Shown: positions 9,462 through 19,639 of the stretch, in pieces
Numbering within the stretch: the stretch's first letter is position 1
Layout of the letters: each line of letters begins with the position of its first letter
Position numbers and translations under genes: made by a program
Assembly (NCBI GenBank): GCA_023898465.1
Contig: CP060223.1
Span: 672,001 to 736,000, forward strand
Origin: Candidatus Nomurabacteria bacterium
GTDB lineage: Bacteria; Patescibacteriota; Patescibacteriia; HK-STAS-PATE-3
Direction of reading: 5' to 3'
DNA length: 64,000 nt
The notes under the pieces: model-generated
Databases searched by the model: none
Told to the model about the DNA's origin: nothing
Seen by the model: only the letters and a program-made list of their open reading frames with translations

Positions 9462-9792
9462 ATATTTTTTAAGAAATAGAGGGGGCGCTTTTTTCAGCTA
9501 CGTGAAACATGGAAGTTTACCTGTCAGAATAATACTCCTCTGCCACGCAAAAACAATATTGGACTGATCAAAATAATTGCTTTTCAATCAGGCTTCGACA
9601 AGTATCGAACAGGGTTGAGATGAGGACTTGAGAAGCTGATTGAATGCTATTCAGGTTCTCAACTTCGCCATCTCGACAAAGCCTCGATGACTGCGTTCGA
9701 ACACTGAATCACCTTTCAGTCTTCGAGCAAGGTCGAGAAGCTGATGTTAATTATATAACTCGGTTCCAACTACGCACGAACACTGAATAACG

Positions 9793-12700
9793 TTATACCG
9801 CCTTGAATGGACAAATCTGTTTGAACTCGCAGCCGCCGCACTTGATGGGATTTGGATCAGCCGTGAAGTCTGCTTCCCGGATTTGTCCAATCTGCTCCAG
9901 CACCCATTCACGAGCCGCTTCCAGGTCTTTCTCCTTTGGCACAAATGAGACCTGACTGTTATCGTCAATATACCAGAAGGTTAACTTCCCTACCTTGCGA
10001 TGCAGCAGATCGCTATCCTGCACGGCTAATGCATAGAGGATGAGCTGGTACTTCGCTTCCTTGCTCGGCTTCTCTTTCGCTGTGCCGGTTTTGTAATCAA
10101 TGATTTCCACTTCCTCGCTATCCTCAATCTGATCAATGCGGTCAATCTTACCGGTCAAGCGAAACTCTTCTGAGAGTTGAATAGTGAAAGGCTGCTCGAG
10201 CGCCAAAGGCACAGGCAGGTCGCCGCTATAGGATGCGTAAAAAGCTTTCAGCGACTCCCAGCCTTTTTGCTTACTCTTCTCCATGTCGCGTTCGCCGTCA
10301 TACCATTCACGAATCCAGTTACGCTCGTACAACTCTTTTAACTCAGCCAGAGAAACGCTCTTAGCTCCAGCCTCCAATATCCCCTCATTTACTTTCGGCG
10401 CTTCAGCGAAAAGAGTGACTTGCCGCTTCTTGCTGCGCTCTTGCACGAGGCGGAAGAAATCGTACAAGGTAGCGTGGACAGATTGCCCATAGGAGAAGCG
10501 CTTGTTCCCAGGCTCTGGCACTTCCAAGGCATAGCGGTAGCGGAATTTCCATGGACAGAGATCATAGGTGCTGATGCGGGAATAGTCATAGCGCGTTTCT
10601 TCGGCCACTTTGCGTAAGATGCTCTCCGGCTCTGATTGCACAGCACTTCGCACACGAGCGTTGAGTAAAGTCGACTGCTGTTTTTTCTCCTCCGCTGCCT
10701 GCTCCTTGGTCACCAATCCCATTTCGATTAAGAAAGGAGAAGGACGCTTCACAGTTGCGCCGCCGTAATCCAAGGCACGGGTTAAGGTGAGTGAATCCTT
10801 TGCGCGAGTGAGGGCAACATAGAAGAGGCGGCGCTCTTCTTGAATATGCACATTCCCCTCTGGCAAACGTTCGTGTACCAAACCATCGGGCAAACTAATC
10901 GCATCACCGCGATCAGAGGATGGGAAACGCCGCTCAACCATATTCACGACAAAGACATGACGGAATTCCAAACCCTTGGCCGCGTGCACGGTCATCAGCT
11001 TCACGCTATCTGGACCTTCTTGCGCCACCGCATCCAACTGCCCCTCTTCCCCGGCATCCATGGAGGCCTGCATAAGAAGGAGGAAGTTTTTCACGCTCGG
11101 TTCGGTGTTGCCGCGCTCAAAGTCAGTCACTTCGCGATAGTACTGTGATAAGTAATGGAGCTGCGCTTGCTTGACCGGATCATCATCATCGCTTAAGTAA
11201 CGCAGATAGCCGGAGTCCTCGAGGAAAGCATAGAGCACGCGGCTGACGTTGCGCCGCTCTTGCAGGGCTAGAGCCGTGTGCGACTCAATCAAACCTAGCA
11301 GACGATCAGCTTCTTGATGTGTTTTTTGACTCAGAGTGGAAATGAGTCCGTGCTCTTTCAATGACTGATAGACTGAGCGGCTTTGGCGACGAGCATCTTG
11401 ATTTAGGGTAATGATATCCTGCGTAGAAAAAGAAAAAATCGGCATGGTCAGCACCCGATGCAAGGCAATGTCCTCGTGATAATTATCCAACATGCGCAGA
11501 TAAGCCAGCACGTCGAGTACGACTGCCTGACGATACAGCCCGCGAGCGGCCACATACTGGTATGGGACGCCTGAGCGTTCGGCAGCGTTCAGAAAAGATT
11601 CCAAGTGCGCGTTTGCTCGAGCCAGAATAGCGAAATCGCTCCACTGCAAATCCTTATCCGCATTCTTCTGAGCCAGGATTTGCTCTACTACTTTTTCCGC
11701 CTCGTCATCTTCAGTCGAGGTGACCAGCTCCTGAATTTTTGCCTCACCCTGACGAGCGGCTTGTAAGCGTTTATTTAAACCCTTGCCGTCATCCTGCAAC
11801 TGCACTTCTAAACGGTTTGGGTTATTGAGTTGAATAAAGTTGTAGGCCGTATCCAGGATGCGTTGATACGAGCGATAGTTTTGGGTCAATACCACGCTGG
11901 TGCAGTCTTTGTAATCTTCGCGGAACTGCATAATGTTAGCAACCGACGCACCACGGAATTTATAAATCGATTGGTCGTCATCACCCACCACGGTTAAATT
12001 GTTTTCCGGTGCAGCTAGGAGCTTCACTAATTCATACTGCGCCCAGTTGGTGTCCTGGAATTCATCAACCAGAATCGCTTTGAATTGATTGCGATAACGC
12101 TGCAGCAATGTCGAGCGAGTTTGAAAAAGCTTGAGTGTCTCCACAATCAGATCACCGAAGTCGACAAAGCCGCGCTCGCGTAGTAAACGATTATAAAGAT
12201 GGAAAGATGAAGCAAGCTCTTGTAAGCGTTGCACATCCTCGCCGGCTGCATCCTTATCCTCTTTTTTAGTAAACTCGCTTTGATCCAGATTAAGTCGCTT
12301 CTCCTCGACAAAGGCAAGGTAACGCTCCGGGCTCACCACTTCATCTTTTAATCGCGAGAAGTGTTTGATAAGTGATTGGAGAAACTTGGTCGGGCGACCG
12401 TGCGGACGATAGTAATCTAGAGAAAGTGCGTCCAAGTGCTGACGCAAAAACATCCACTGCTGCCGCTCGGATAACACTTGGAAGTCACCAGGTAAACCAA
12501 CGTCAATCGCATTCTCCCGCAGCACGCGCTCACCAAATCCGTGAAAGGTTGATACCCAAAGGTCGACATAGCCAGTTGGCAAGCGGCGGTCAATGCGATC
12601 AAGCATTTCATTGGCTGCTTTGTCGGTAAAAGTGAGACAAAGCACCTCGTCAGGCCGCAGTCCCTTCTCAGTAATCAACCAGGCCAGTCGCTCAACAATC

Positions 12701-12858
12701 ACTGTGGTCTTACCCGTGCCTGCGCCAGCCACGATAAGGAGTGGTCCCTGAGCATGCTCAACAGCCTGACGCTGCTCAGCGTTCAATTGCACGTCGAAGG
12801 AATTGGACGCGGCCTTGGCCTCCCCTTTTGCTGCTGCTTTCTTCGCGGTCATAGCCAT
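9793..12858 (-). CDS. UvrD/PcrA-family helicase fused to C-terminal RecB-type PD-(D/E)XK nuclease with Cys cluster (AddA/AdnB-like helicase-nuclease)
   Basis: Walker A AGAGTGKTT, SF1 helicase motifs through to VHAAKGLEF…FVALTRAK. The C-terminus has IDRID…EIIDYKTG…QLILY and a terminal C-x-x-C…C cluster (CGGCEFKQIC). Start chosen at MAMTAKK (12858); ORF M1 is at 12936. Confidence 0.8.
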   Translation of the reverse strand: MAMTAKKAAAKGEAKAASNSFDVQLNAEQRQAVEHAQGPLLIVAGAGTGKTTVIVERLAWLITEKGLRPDEVLCLTFTDKAANEMLDRIDRRLPTGYVDLWVSTFHGFGERVLRENAIDVGLPGDFQVLSERQQWMFLRQHLDALSLDYYRPHGRPTKFLQSLIKHFSRLKDEVVSPERYLAFVEEKRLNLDQSEFTKKEDKDAAGEDVQRLQELASSFHLYNRLLRERGFVDFGDLIVETLKLFQTRSTLLQRYRNQFKAILVDEFQDTNWAQYELVKLLAAPENNLTVVGDDDQSIYKFRGASVANIMQFREDYKDCTSVVLTQNYRSYQRILDTAYNFIQLNNPNRLEVQLQDDGKGLNKRLQAARQGEAKIQELVTSTEDDEAEKVVEQILAQKNADKDLQWSDFAILARANAHLESFLNAAERSGVPYQYVAARGLYRQAVVLDVLAYLRMLDNYHEDIALHRVLTMPIFSFSTQDIITLNQDARRQSRSVYQSLKEHGLISTLSQKTHQEADRLLGLIESHTALALQERRNVSRVLYAFLEDSGYLRYLSDDDDPVKQAQLHYLSQYYREVTDFERGNTEPSVKNFLLLMQASMDAGEEGQLDAVAQEGPDSVKLMTVHAAKGLEFRHVFVVNMVERRFPSSDRGDAISLPDGLVHERLPEGNVHIQEERRLFYVALTRAKDSLTLTRALDYGGATVKRPSPFLIEMGLVTKEQAAEEKKQQSTLLNARVRSAVQSEPESILRKVAEETRYDYSRISTYDLCPWKFRYRYALEVPEPGNKRFSYGQSVHATLYDFFRLVQERSKKRQVTLFAEAPKVNEGILEAGAKSVSLAELKELYERNWIREWYDGERDMEKSKQKGWESLKAFYASYSGDLPVPLALEQPFTIQLSEEFRLTGKIDRIDQIEDSEEVEIIDYKTGTAKEKPSKEAKYQLILYALAVQDSDLLHRKVGKLTFWYIDDNSQVSFVPKEKDLEAAREWVLEQIGQIREADFTADPNPIKCGGCEFKQICPFKAV

Positions 12859-12970
12859 AGGATAGCACAAACAGCATGTCAACACACACTTCCCCCAGCG
12901 TAGGTTTTTAACCTGCGCTGGGAATAAATGCCACACAGCGCAGGCTCTCCTGCCTGCGCTCTTTATAAAC

Positions 12971-13004
12971 CAAAAACCAGCGCGGGTTTGAGAGCCCGCG
13001 CTGG
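12971..13004 (-). terminator. Rho-independent terminator after the surface-protein gene
   Basis: Perfect 10-bp stem CCAGCGCGGG/CCCGCGCTGG, 8-nt loop, followed on the minus strand by TTTTTGG. Confidence 0.7.
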
Positions 13005-13028
13005 TGTGTTTATCTTATTCCTTTAAGT

Positions 13029-16000
13029 CTAGCGATTCAGCGGCATGCTGAAGCGTCGCTTATCGAACAACACAACGAATCCGCTGATTATAGCCATCAT
13101 GCCGAGGCCAAAGGCCGCCACATCACCCCAACCAGATCCAGTATCAGCCAAGGTTGATGCACCAAGGACCTGACCGCGCTTCACTACCACATTCTGGCTG
13201 GCGCGAACTTCGCCGTAATTATCTGCTACGGCTTTTGCTACGTTGAGGTAATTCCCAGACGCAGCATTATCAGCCACCTTCACCTCATAAGTGATAGTGC
13301 GAGTATCGTCAGTAAACATGCTGCCGAGAGTCCAGACACGTTCGGTCAAACCTGAATCAGCAAAGGTAAAGCCCTCAGGTAAGATATCTGTTACGCGCAC
13401 GTTTAAGGCAATGCCATCACCAGCGTTTGTTACCTTCAAGGTGTAGGTCAGATAATCACCTGGCTTTGCCTCGTTGGTGTTCACGCTCTTAGTAAGGAGT
13501 AAGAGCGGCTCAGTGCTGACACCCAGGACAGACCCAAGGCGTACCTCAACGGTTGCTTCATCAGCCACTGGATCGGTGTTATCTGCATCAGCTGTTGCTA
13601 CGTTGTCGTAGAAACCGGCCGCTTGGCTGGTGCTCACAATGACATCATAGGTGACTGTCATGCTTTCATTCGCTGCGAGATCACCGAGTGGGAAGCTGCG
13701 AACTGACAAGCCAGTGTCTACAAAGATGAAACCAGCTGGCAATTGATCAGTCATGACTACATTCACTGCAGTGGATTGGCCAATGTTCTTCACGACCACG
13801 GTGTAGGTTACTGTTGCACCCGGATTCACAAAGGTGTCGACATTGACCGACTTCACAATGCTCAGCTCAGGACTGAGAAGCTTGTTACCAAAGTTATTCG
13901 CATTGGAGACTAAGCCTGAAGTCATCACAATCGGACCAAGGGTGATAGGGCTGGAAGTCTGCTCCCAACCATCTTGCAATGTTTCGCTTAACCAGTAGGT
14001 ACCAGGACCAAGATCAGTGAAGCTGTAATTACCATCAGCGTCAGTTAAGGTATCAGCAATAATTGCACCCGGCTGACCATCCTCATCTTCCCAAAGGTTA
14101 ATCTGCCAATTGGCTAAGCCGCTTTCATCCTCATCCCAGGTGCCGTTGCCATTCACATCATGCCATTTTGCACCGTTGATTGATCCGAGTTGAAAGTTAC
14201 CAAAGTCATTCCCGGTCAAGGTAGTGTTTTCACCCAGCTCGAGCGGACCAATAACTACTGGCTCAGAAGTTTGCATCCAACCATCCACTAATGCCTCGTT
14301 CACCCAGTAGGTACCTGGCTCAAGATCAGTGAAGGCGTAGCTGCCATCGGCTGCAGTCTGCGTCGTGGCAATGATATTGCCCGGGCCGTCTTCACCATCA
14401 TCCCAGAGATTAATAGTCCAGCCCTGGATGCCTGGCTCGCCAACTTGTCGCACGCCATCGCCGTTCAAGTCATTCCACTTGGTACCGGCAATAGTAAGTG
14501 AGCGGGTGTTGCCAAACTCCACATAGGCTGGTTCGCCTTGCACTACTTCAACTTCTACACTGAGTGGCGTGGTGTTCATCCAAGCATCTGGCAGGACTTC
14601 ATTCACTTCGTAGGTACCAGTTGGCAAATTCGCAAAGGAGAAACTGCCATCGCTGGCACTCACTTTGCTTTGCCCATTGCTTAGCTGGATAGTGACACCT
14701 TCGATGCCTTCATCGCCGTCGTCACGTACACCATTCGCATTGTGGTCATAATATTTTACTCCGGTGATTTCTCCGGTGTTGCGGGTATTCTCGAGCACAC
14801 AAGTACCACCCTGGCGACCGGTGTCTAAAGTGATAACACCATTTGCATAACTACAGATTCCACTCGCGTTAGTTAAGGTGTAGAGGTTATCGTAGCTACC
14901 TGAAGTTTCAGTCACCATGTACTGCGTCATTGTCGGCACTGACACTGGAGCGCTTGCTTCAGTGAAATCACCCAAGCCTTCAACATGGAAGGTCCAATCC
15001 TGATCGGTCGATGGTCCGCCGCCTACGACTACTTTATCAAAGTCGATAGTAGTGAAGTCGCGCGCATTACAGAGCGTGATGGATGTTTCCTGATCTTCAA
15101 ATACTTCTACCGGCACAGGCAGGGTCGTGCCTTGCGGATTTGTACATGAGTAATCGGAGATATTTTTGTCATCATACCAACCAACAAAATGCCACCCAGG
15201 CAATTGCGTTTCAGTGATTTGATGAGGGCCAACACCGGTCTCGTTGGGCGTGCCCATATCTCGCATCTTTGTTTCAGTGATATCACTCCACTGGAAACCA
15301 AGTTCATTTGCTCGGACATTACCGCCCTCAAATATACCATCACCGTTTTCATCGACTTTCTTATTCACCGTCAGATCACCAGTCGGGCAATCAAGCGGAG
15401 CGGTCAATGAAGATGCGAAGAGAATAAAGCTCTCACCATTATCATCTTCTGGTGATTCGATTTGATAAGCAAAGTAGGTCGCGTTGGCTGGAATAGTTAC
15501 CGTGACTGTTGGATGATCCCACTCTGGACCTTCGTGCGAAGTGAGCAAGTTATGCAGCAGCTCTGTTGCGCCAGCTTGATCAACCAGGTTTGTTGGAACT
15601 GCACCAGTGGCACTCTTTACCCAGAGCGCATCACCGCGATTAGGGTTCGTGTGATCGCCGCCGCCCACACTCAAGGTAAGTGTTGCTTGTCGATCATAAT
15701 CTACTGGAGCAAAAGAATAACTGTACACTTCAGTGTCTGGACCTTTGGGGAAGTAGGGTCGATTCCAATATGCGGTATCCACTCCTCCCAACCAAGTCAC
15801 CAGAGAGGCATCAACATCTTCAGATGCATATACCACGTAAAGACTCGCTCCTAACATTGTGTAAGGACTGGAGTTCTCTACTGTATATGAATGCGTGCCG
15901 GTACTCACATAGCTGCTTACATTTGCGACGTACGCTACTGCATCCAGCGCCTCGCGATACTCAGTACCATTCACTGCATGTCCGTTAAACACAAAACTTG

Positions 16001-16736
16001 GATCGCTCTCTTCTTCATAGGCGCCCCAAATAAGATAGGCCGCTGCAATAGTACCTGGTACGTCGAGATTGCTTATCACACCACTTCCGTCATCTTCTAA
16101 TCCAACTCCTGCGCTGGCAACCGCATAGCCGGCAGTTTGACCCTGCGAACAAGCTGTTTGAATCGAGAAAAGGTTTTCTAAACCACCGGTAGTACGCCAG
16201 TTACCAAAATCAATCTCCGTGGTCTGACCCGCCGTAACATGTACGTTTTCTGTCACATTACCGGTTGTCACTTCCCAATCAGGAAGCTGGGTTTCTGTGA
16301 CGGTATAGTCTCCGGCATGCAGGTGAGGTACATAAAAACCGGATTCTCCACTCGTATCACCCTCGGCCACAATCTGGTCCTGCATATCACGCACCACAAA
16401 GTGCCAATCGCTCAGCCATGGGTCAGTGTCATGGGCGGTATTACGGATACCGTTACCATTATCGTCATAAAACTTCCGAATGCGGAGGTTGCCAAAGGTA
16501 AGCGCTGAATCGTCTACATTTGTACCCAGGCTAAGGCTTGTACCGCCCTCCTGAGAGTTATCCACAGCTTGAACTGGCAGCTCAGCTGCTTGGGCAGCCA
16601 GCACCGTTCCTAGGCCGGTAGTCTGGAGCACCAAACTAAAGACTGCCACGACGCTCAATAGATTGAATAAGCGCCGACGGACTCCCTTGCTAAGACCCCC
16701 CTGATATTCCCCCCTGAATAGTGATAACGTAGGCAT
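13029..16736 (-). CDS. Large cell-surface protein with signal peptide, Cna-B/SdrD-like and DUF11 repeats, and sortase-type C-terminal anchor (LADTG + TM + KRR)
   Basis: 1235 aa. N-terminal signal peptide/TM; repeated GTY(E/W)VNE…DGW(M/E)QTS units (SD-repeat B-like); two DUF11-like repeats (…PGATVTYTVVVKNIG… / …PGDYLTYTLKVTNAGDG…); C-terminal LADTGSGWGDVAAFGLGMMAIISGFVVLFDKRR. Confidence 0.75.
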   Translation of the reverse strand: MPTLSLFRGEYQGGLSKGVRRRLFNLLSVVAVFSLVLQTTGLGTVLAAQAAELPVQAVDNSQEGGTSLSLGTNVDDSALTFGNLRIRKFYDDNGNGIRNTAHDTDPWLSDWHFVVRDMQDQIVAEGDTSGESGFYVPHLHAGDYTVTETQLPDWEVTTGNVTENVHVTAGQTTEIDFGNWRTTGGLENLFSIQTACSQGQTAGYAVASAGVGLEDDGSGVISNLDVPGTIAAAYLIWGAYEEESDPSFVFNGHAVNGTEYREALDAVAYVANVSSYVSTGTHSYTVENSSPYTMLGASLYVVYASEDVDASLVTWLGGVDTAYWNRPYFPKGPDTEVYSYSFAPVDYDRQATLTLSVGGGDHTNPNRGDALWVKSATGAVPTNLVDQAGATELLHNLLTSHEGPEWDHPTVTVTIPANATYFAYQIESPEDDNGESFILFASSLTAPLDCPTGDLTVNKKVDENGDGIFEGGNVRANELGFQWSDITETKMRDMGTPNETGVGPHQITETQLPGWHFVGWYDDKNISDYSCTNPQGTTLPVPVEVFEDQETSITLCNARDFTTIDFDKVVVGGGPSTDQDWTFHVEGLGDFTEASAPVSVPTMTQYMVTETSGSYDNLYTLTNASGICSYANGVITLDTGRQGGTCVLENTRNTGEITGVKYYDHNANGVRDDGDEGIEGVTIQLSNGQSKVSASDGSFSFANLPTGTYEVNEVLPDAWMNTTPLSVEVEVVQGEPAYVEFGNTRSLTIAGTKWNDLNGDGVRQVGEPGIQGWTINLWDDGEDGPGNIIATTQTAADGSYAFTDLEPGTYWVNEALVDGWMQTSEPVVIGPLELGENTTLTGNDFGNFQLGSINGAKWHDVNGNGTWDEDESGLANWQINLWEDEDGQPGAIIADTLTDADGNYSFTDLGPGTYWLSETLQDGWEQTSSPITLGPIVMTSGLVSNANNFGNKLLSPELSIVKSVNVDTFVNPGATVTYTVVVKNIGQSTAVNVVMTDQLPAGFIFVDTGLSVRSFPLGDLAANESMTVTYDVIVSTSQAAGFYDNVATADADNTDPVADEATVEVRLGSVLGVSTEPLLLLTKSVNTNEAKPGDYLTYTLKVTNAGDGIALNVRVTDILPEGFTFADSGLTERVWTLGSMFTDDTRTITYEVKVADNAASGNYLNVAKAVADNYGEVRASQNVVVKRGQVLGASTLADTGSGWGDVAAFGLGMMAIISGFVVLFDKRRFSMPLNR

Positions 16737-17172
16737 AACTCCTCTGGTTAATGAACTCGTTTATTTGATACAAAAAGCCAACAGCAAGCTATAAAACGAA
16801 AATTCCGCTTTCTAACTTTTTGTTGGCTTTCCTAACTTCCTCCGAAGTTGTAGGGAATGTGCAGTGTTTGAGACGAAAGAACGATACTGAAAGTGTCCGA
16901 CAAGGTGCGATATTTTGGGTTTTTATTTCGGAAAAGATCGATTTTGTCTGTGCTTCACCTTAATGGTTCAGGGCCAATTTGTCAAGCTGAAAAATGTGCC
17001 TCTCCTCAGCGCTTTTTGACCCTATTCCCCACCCAAAGTGGCCAGCTCTTCACATTTTTTTCATATATGGTAGTATGGCCTCGCAAGTCTTTTCGGGATA
17101 TCTCGCCGTAGGGCGTAGAGGTGAAAGGTCTACCGAAACAGATACGCACCTCTTAGTAGTAAGTGGAAGTAA

Positions 17173-17451
17173 ATGGCGAAGAAACTCTACGTCGGAAACC
17201 TTCCGTTCAGCGTCACCGAGGACAGCCTTAAGGAGCATTTCTCCCAGGTTGGACCGGTTGAATCGACTCAGGTCATCCTAGACCGAGCGACCGGACGCTC
17301 ACGCGGATTCGGTTTCGTCGAGATGTCCAACGATGAGGACGCGGCAAAGGCAGTTGAAACCTTCAACGGCCAAGAAATGGAAGGCCGCGCGCTCGTTGTC
17401 AACGAAGCTCGACCAATGACAGATCGTCCAAAGCGAAGCTTTGATAACTAA
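17173..17451 (+). CDS. RNA-binding protein with single RRM domain (glycine-less Rbp type)
   Basis: RNP2 LYVGNL and RNP1 RGFGFVEM motifs; 92 aa; about 95-nt leader. Confidence 0.9.
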   Translation: MAKKLYVGNLPFSVTEDSLKEHFSQVGPVESTQVILDRATGRSRGFGFVEMSNDEDAAKAVETFNGQEMEGRALVVNEARPMTDRPKRSFDN

Positions 17452-17469
17452 AGCAACGTGATGGAATCA

Positions 17470-17505
17470 AAAACTCGGCTGCCTAGGCAGACCGAGTTTT
17501 TGATT
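17470..17505. terminator. Bidirectional rho-independent terminator between convergent RRM gene and atp operon
   Basis: AAAACTCGGCTGCC-TA-GGCAGACCGAGTTTTT; U-tracts on both strands. Confidence 0.65.
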
Positions 17506-17523
17506 ATATTCGAATTCGTGCTC

Positions 17524-18138
17524 TTACTGCATCGCTTCCTTTAATCGCATGATGCTGACCAGGGCGCCTCGCTCCTGCTCATCCAATTTGCTGGAAATGT
17601 ATTTCACATTCCGCTCAATCTCGGGAACAAAGACAAACTCAAGTGCATTCACACGACGACGCGTCTTCTCAATCTCAGCTGAGAGTAAACGAGCTGAGTG
17701 CTCGGTCTGAGCTAACTCCACGATCTTTGGCAGCGCATCTGAGAATGTTTTCAGAGAAGTATCAAGTCCAGAGGAAGTAGTTGCCAAAGAGTAGCTCAGG
17801 AAATCACCTGACTCGGCATACTGAAACTGTGGCACCTGCACACTCATGACGTTCTTGGTTGCCACCTGCAATTGAATTTGCTTCGTGGTGACTGCCAGCG
17901 CTTCCTCGGTTACTTCCGGACGCATATCAGCTGAAGCGATAATGAAACTCTGGAACGCTTGACCGAGCTGAGCCTCTACTTCTTGTCGTAAGCTGCGAGT
18001 CTTTTTGATGATACCTAAGAACTCCTGCATCAAGCCTTCGAGTTTTTCCTCGAGTAAAGAATGACCGCGCTTGGCCATCTTGAGCTTACCCTTGAGTCGG
18101 ATAAGCTCCATGCGTGTTGGGTTAATCGTTTGCGCCAT
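17524..18138 (-). CDS. atpD: V/A-type ATP synthase subunit D
   Basis: MAQTINPTRMELIRLKGKLKMAKRGHSLLEEK… typical NtpD/AtpD N-terminus; last gene of operon. Confidence 0.9.
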   Translation of the reverse strand: MAQTINPTRMELIRLKGKLKMAKRGHSLLEEKLEGLMQEFLGIIKKTRSLRQEVEAQLGQAFQSFIIASADMRPEVTEEALAVTTKQIQLQVATKNVMSVQVPQFQYAESGDFLSYSLATTSSGLDTSLKTFSDALPKIVELAQTEHSARLLSAEIEKTRRRVNALEFVFVPEIERNVKYISSKLDEQERGALVSIMRLKEAMQ

Positions 18139-18221
18139 AGGGTAATGAGTGTTCGAGCGTATCCGCCCAGAGCGGAGAAGTCGAGAACCGAGCTTAGCTT
18201 CTCGACAAGCTCGAAGACTAA

Positions 18222-19628
18222 TTAGGAGTCAGATTTGGGTAAATACTTCTCAATATATTCTTCTTTCACACGCTTCAGTTCAGACTTCGGCAAGATGGAG
18301 AAGAGTTCCCAACCGAGATTCAAGGTCGTGAGAATATCGCGATCCTCATACTCACCTTGGTTGATGTAGCGTGACTCAAACTGCGTGGCAAATTCCACGT
18401 ACTTCTTATCAACGTCGGACAGAGCAGCTTCACCGAGGATAGCGGCTAATTCCTTTGCCTCAGTGCCACGAGCGTAGGCAGCATAGAGCTGGTTAAAGAC
18501 TCCGGAGTGATCCTCACGAGTCTTCTCTTCTCCGATACCCTTCGGCATCAGACGAGAGAGACATGGCAGCACATCAACTGGAGGACGAATACCGCGCTTG
18601 TGCAAGCCGCGGCTTAACATGATTTGTCCTTCGGTAATGTAGCCGGTCAAGTCAGGAATTGGATGTGTCTTATCATCTTCCGGCATGGTAAGAATCGGGA
18701 TCTGGGTAATTGAACCCTTCTTACCCTTGATCATACCAGCGCGCTCGTACAGGGTAGCTAAGTCAGTGTAGAGGTAACCTGGGTAGCCACGGCGACCTGG
18801 GACTTCTTTACGAGCTGCCGCAACTTCACGCAAGGCTTCACAGTAGTTAGTCATGTCGGTCAGGATAACCAAGACGTGCATGTCCTTTTCAAAAGCCAGA
18901 TACTCGGCAGTGGTCAGAGCCAAGCGAGGTAGAGTGATACGTTCAACCACCGGGTCATTTGCCTGGTTCAAGAAGAGTACCGCGCGGCTGATAGCACCGG
19001 TCTTGCGGAATTCATTTACGAAGTATTCTGCTTCTTCAAAGGTGATACCCATAGCGCCAAAGACTACAGCGAATTGGGAATCCTCTGCTTCCACTTTACC
19101 CTGCGGGGAAACGCGAACCACTTTTGCCTGACGAGCGATTTGGGCGGCCATGGCATTGTGTGGCAAACCAGCGCCGGAGAAAATCGGTAGCTTTTGTCCA
19201 CGCACTAAAGTATTCAATCCATCAATCGTGGAAATACCGGTTTGGATAAAGTCATTTGGGAAGTTACGGGAGTATGGGTTAATCGGATTACCGTTCACGT
19301 TCAAACGTGCTTCGGCAATGATTTCGGCTCCACCGTCTTTTGGCTTACCTGAGCCGTCAAAGACGCGACCAAGCATGTCGGTGGAAACTGGCAATTCCAT
19401 AACGCGGCCGAGGAAGCGGGCGGAAGCATCCTGCACGCTAATACCGCGAGTGTCTTCAAACATCTGTACCACTGCCCGATCATTGTCGATTTCGAGCACG
19501 CGGCCGCGGCGAATCTTGCCATCAGGCAATTTCACATCGACCAGCTCTTCGTATTTGACGCCTTCCACTCCCTCAACAATGAGGAGAGGACCAGCGACTT
19601 CACGTAGTGTCTTGTATTCTCGTTCCAT
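18222..19628 (-). CDS. atpB: V/A-type ATP synthase subunit B (regulatory)
   Basis: 468 aa, [23 protein letters not shown]…, non-catalytic nucleotide-binding fold. Confidence 0.92.
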   Translation of the reverse strand: MEREYKTLREVAGPLLIVEGVEGVKYEELVDVKLPDGKIRRGRVLEIDNDRAVVQMFEDTRGISVQDASARFLGRVMELPVSTDMLGRVFDGSGKPKDGGAEIIAEARLNVNGNPINPYSRNFPNDFIQTGISTIDGLNTLVRGQKLPIFSGAGLPHNAMAAQIARQAKVVRVSPQGKVEAEDSQFAVVFGAMGITFEEAEYFVNEFRKTGAISRAVLFLNQANDPVVERITLPRLALTTAEYLAFEKDMHVLVILTDMTNYCEALREVAAARKEVPGRRGYPGYLYTDLATLYERAGMIKGKKGSITQIPILTMPEDDKTHPIPDLTGYITEGQIMLSRGLHKRGIRPPVDVLPCLSRLMPKGIGEEKTREDHSGVFNQLYAAYARGTEAKELAAILGEAALSDVDKKYVEFATQFESRYINQGEYEDRDILTTLNLGWELFSILPKSELKRVKEEYIEKYLPKSDS

Positions 19629-19639
19629 ATGCGTGCTCC

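Noticed and set aside
9462-9792. M-box (ykoK) Mg2+ riboswitch upstream of the MgtE-like gene
   Set aside because: The leader lacks the conserved GTTAGGTGAGGCTCC core and paired-helix pattern of the M-box as far as I can recall; kept only as an unclassified candidate leader.
17110-17172. RNase P-like GGTGAAAGG / ACAGA motifs in the leader of the RRM gene
   Set aside because: Only short coincidental matches; spacing and context do not fit RNase P RNA.
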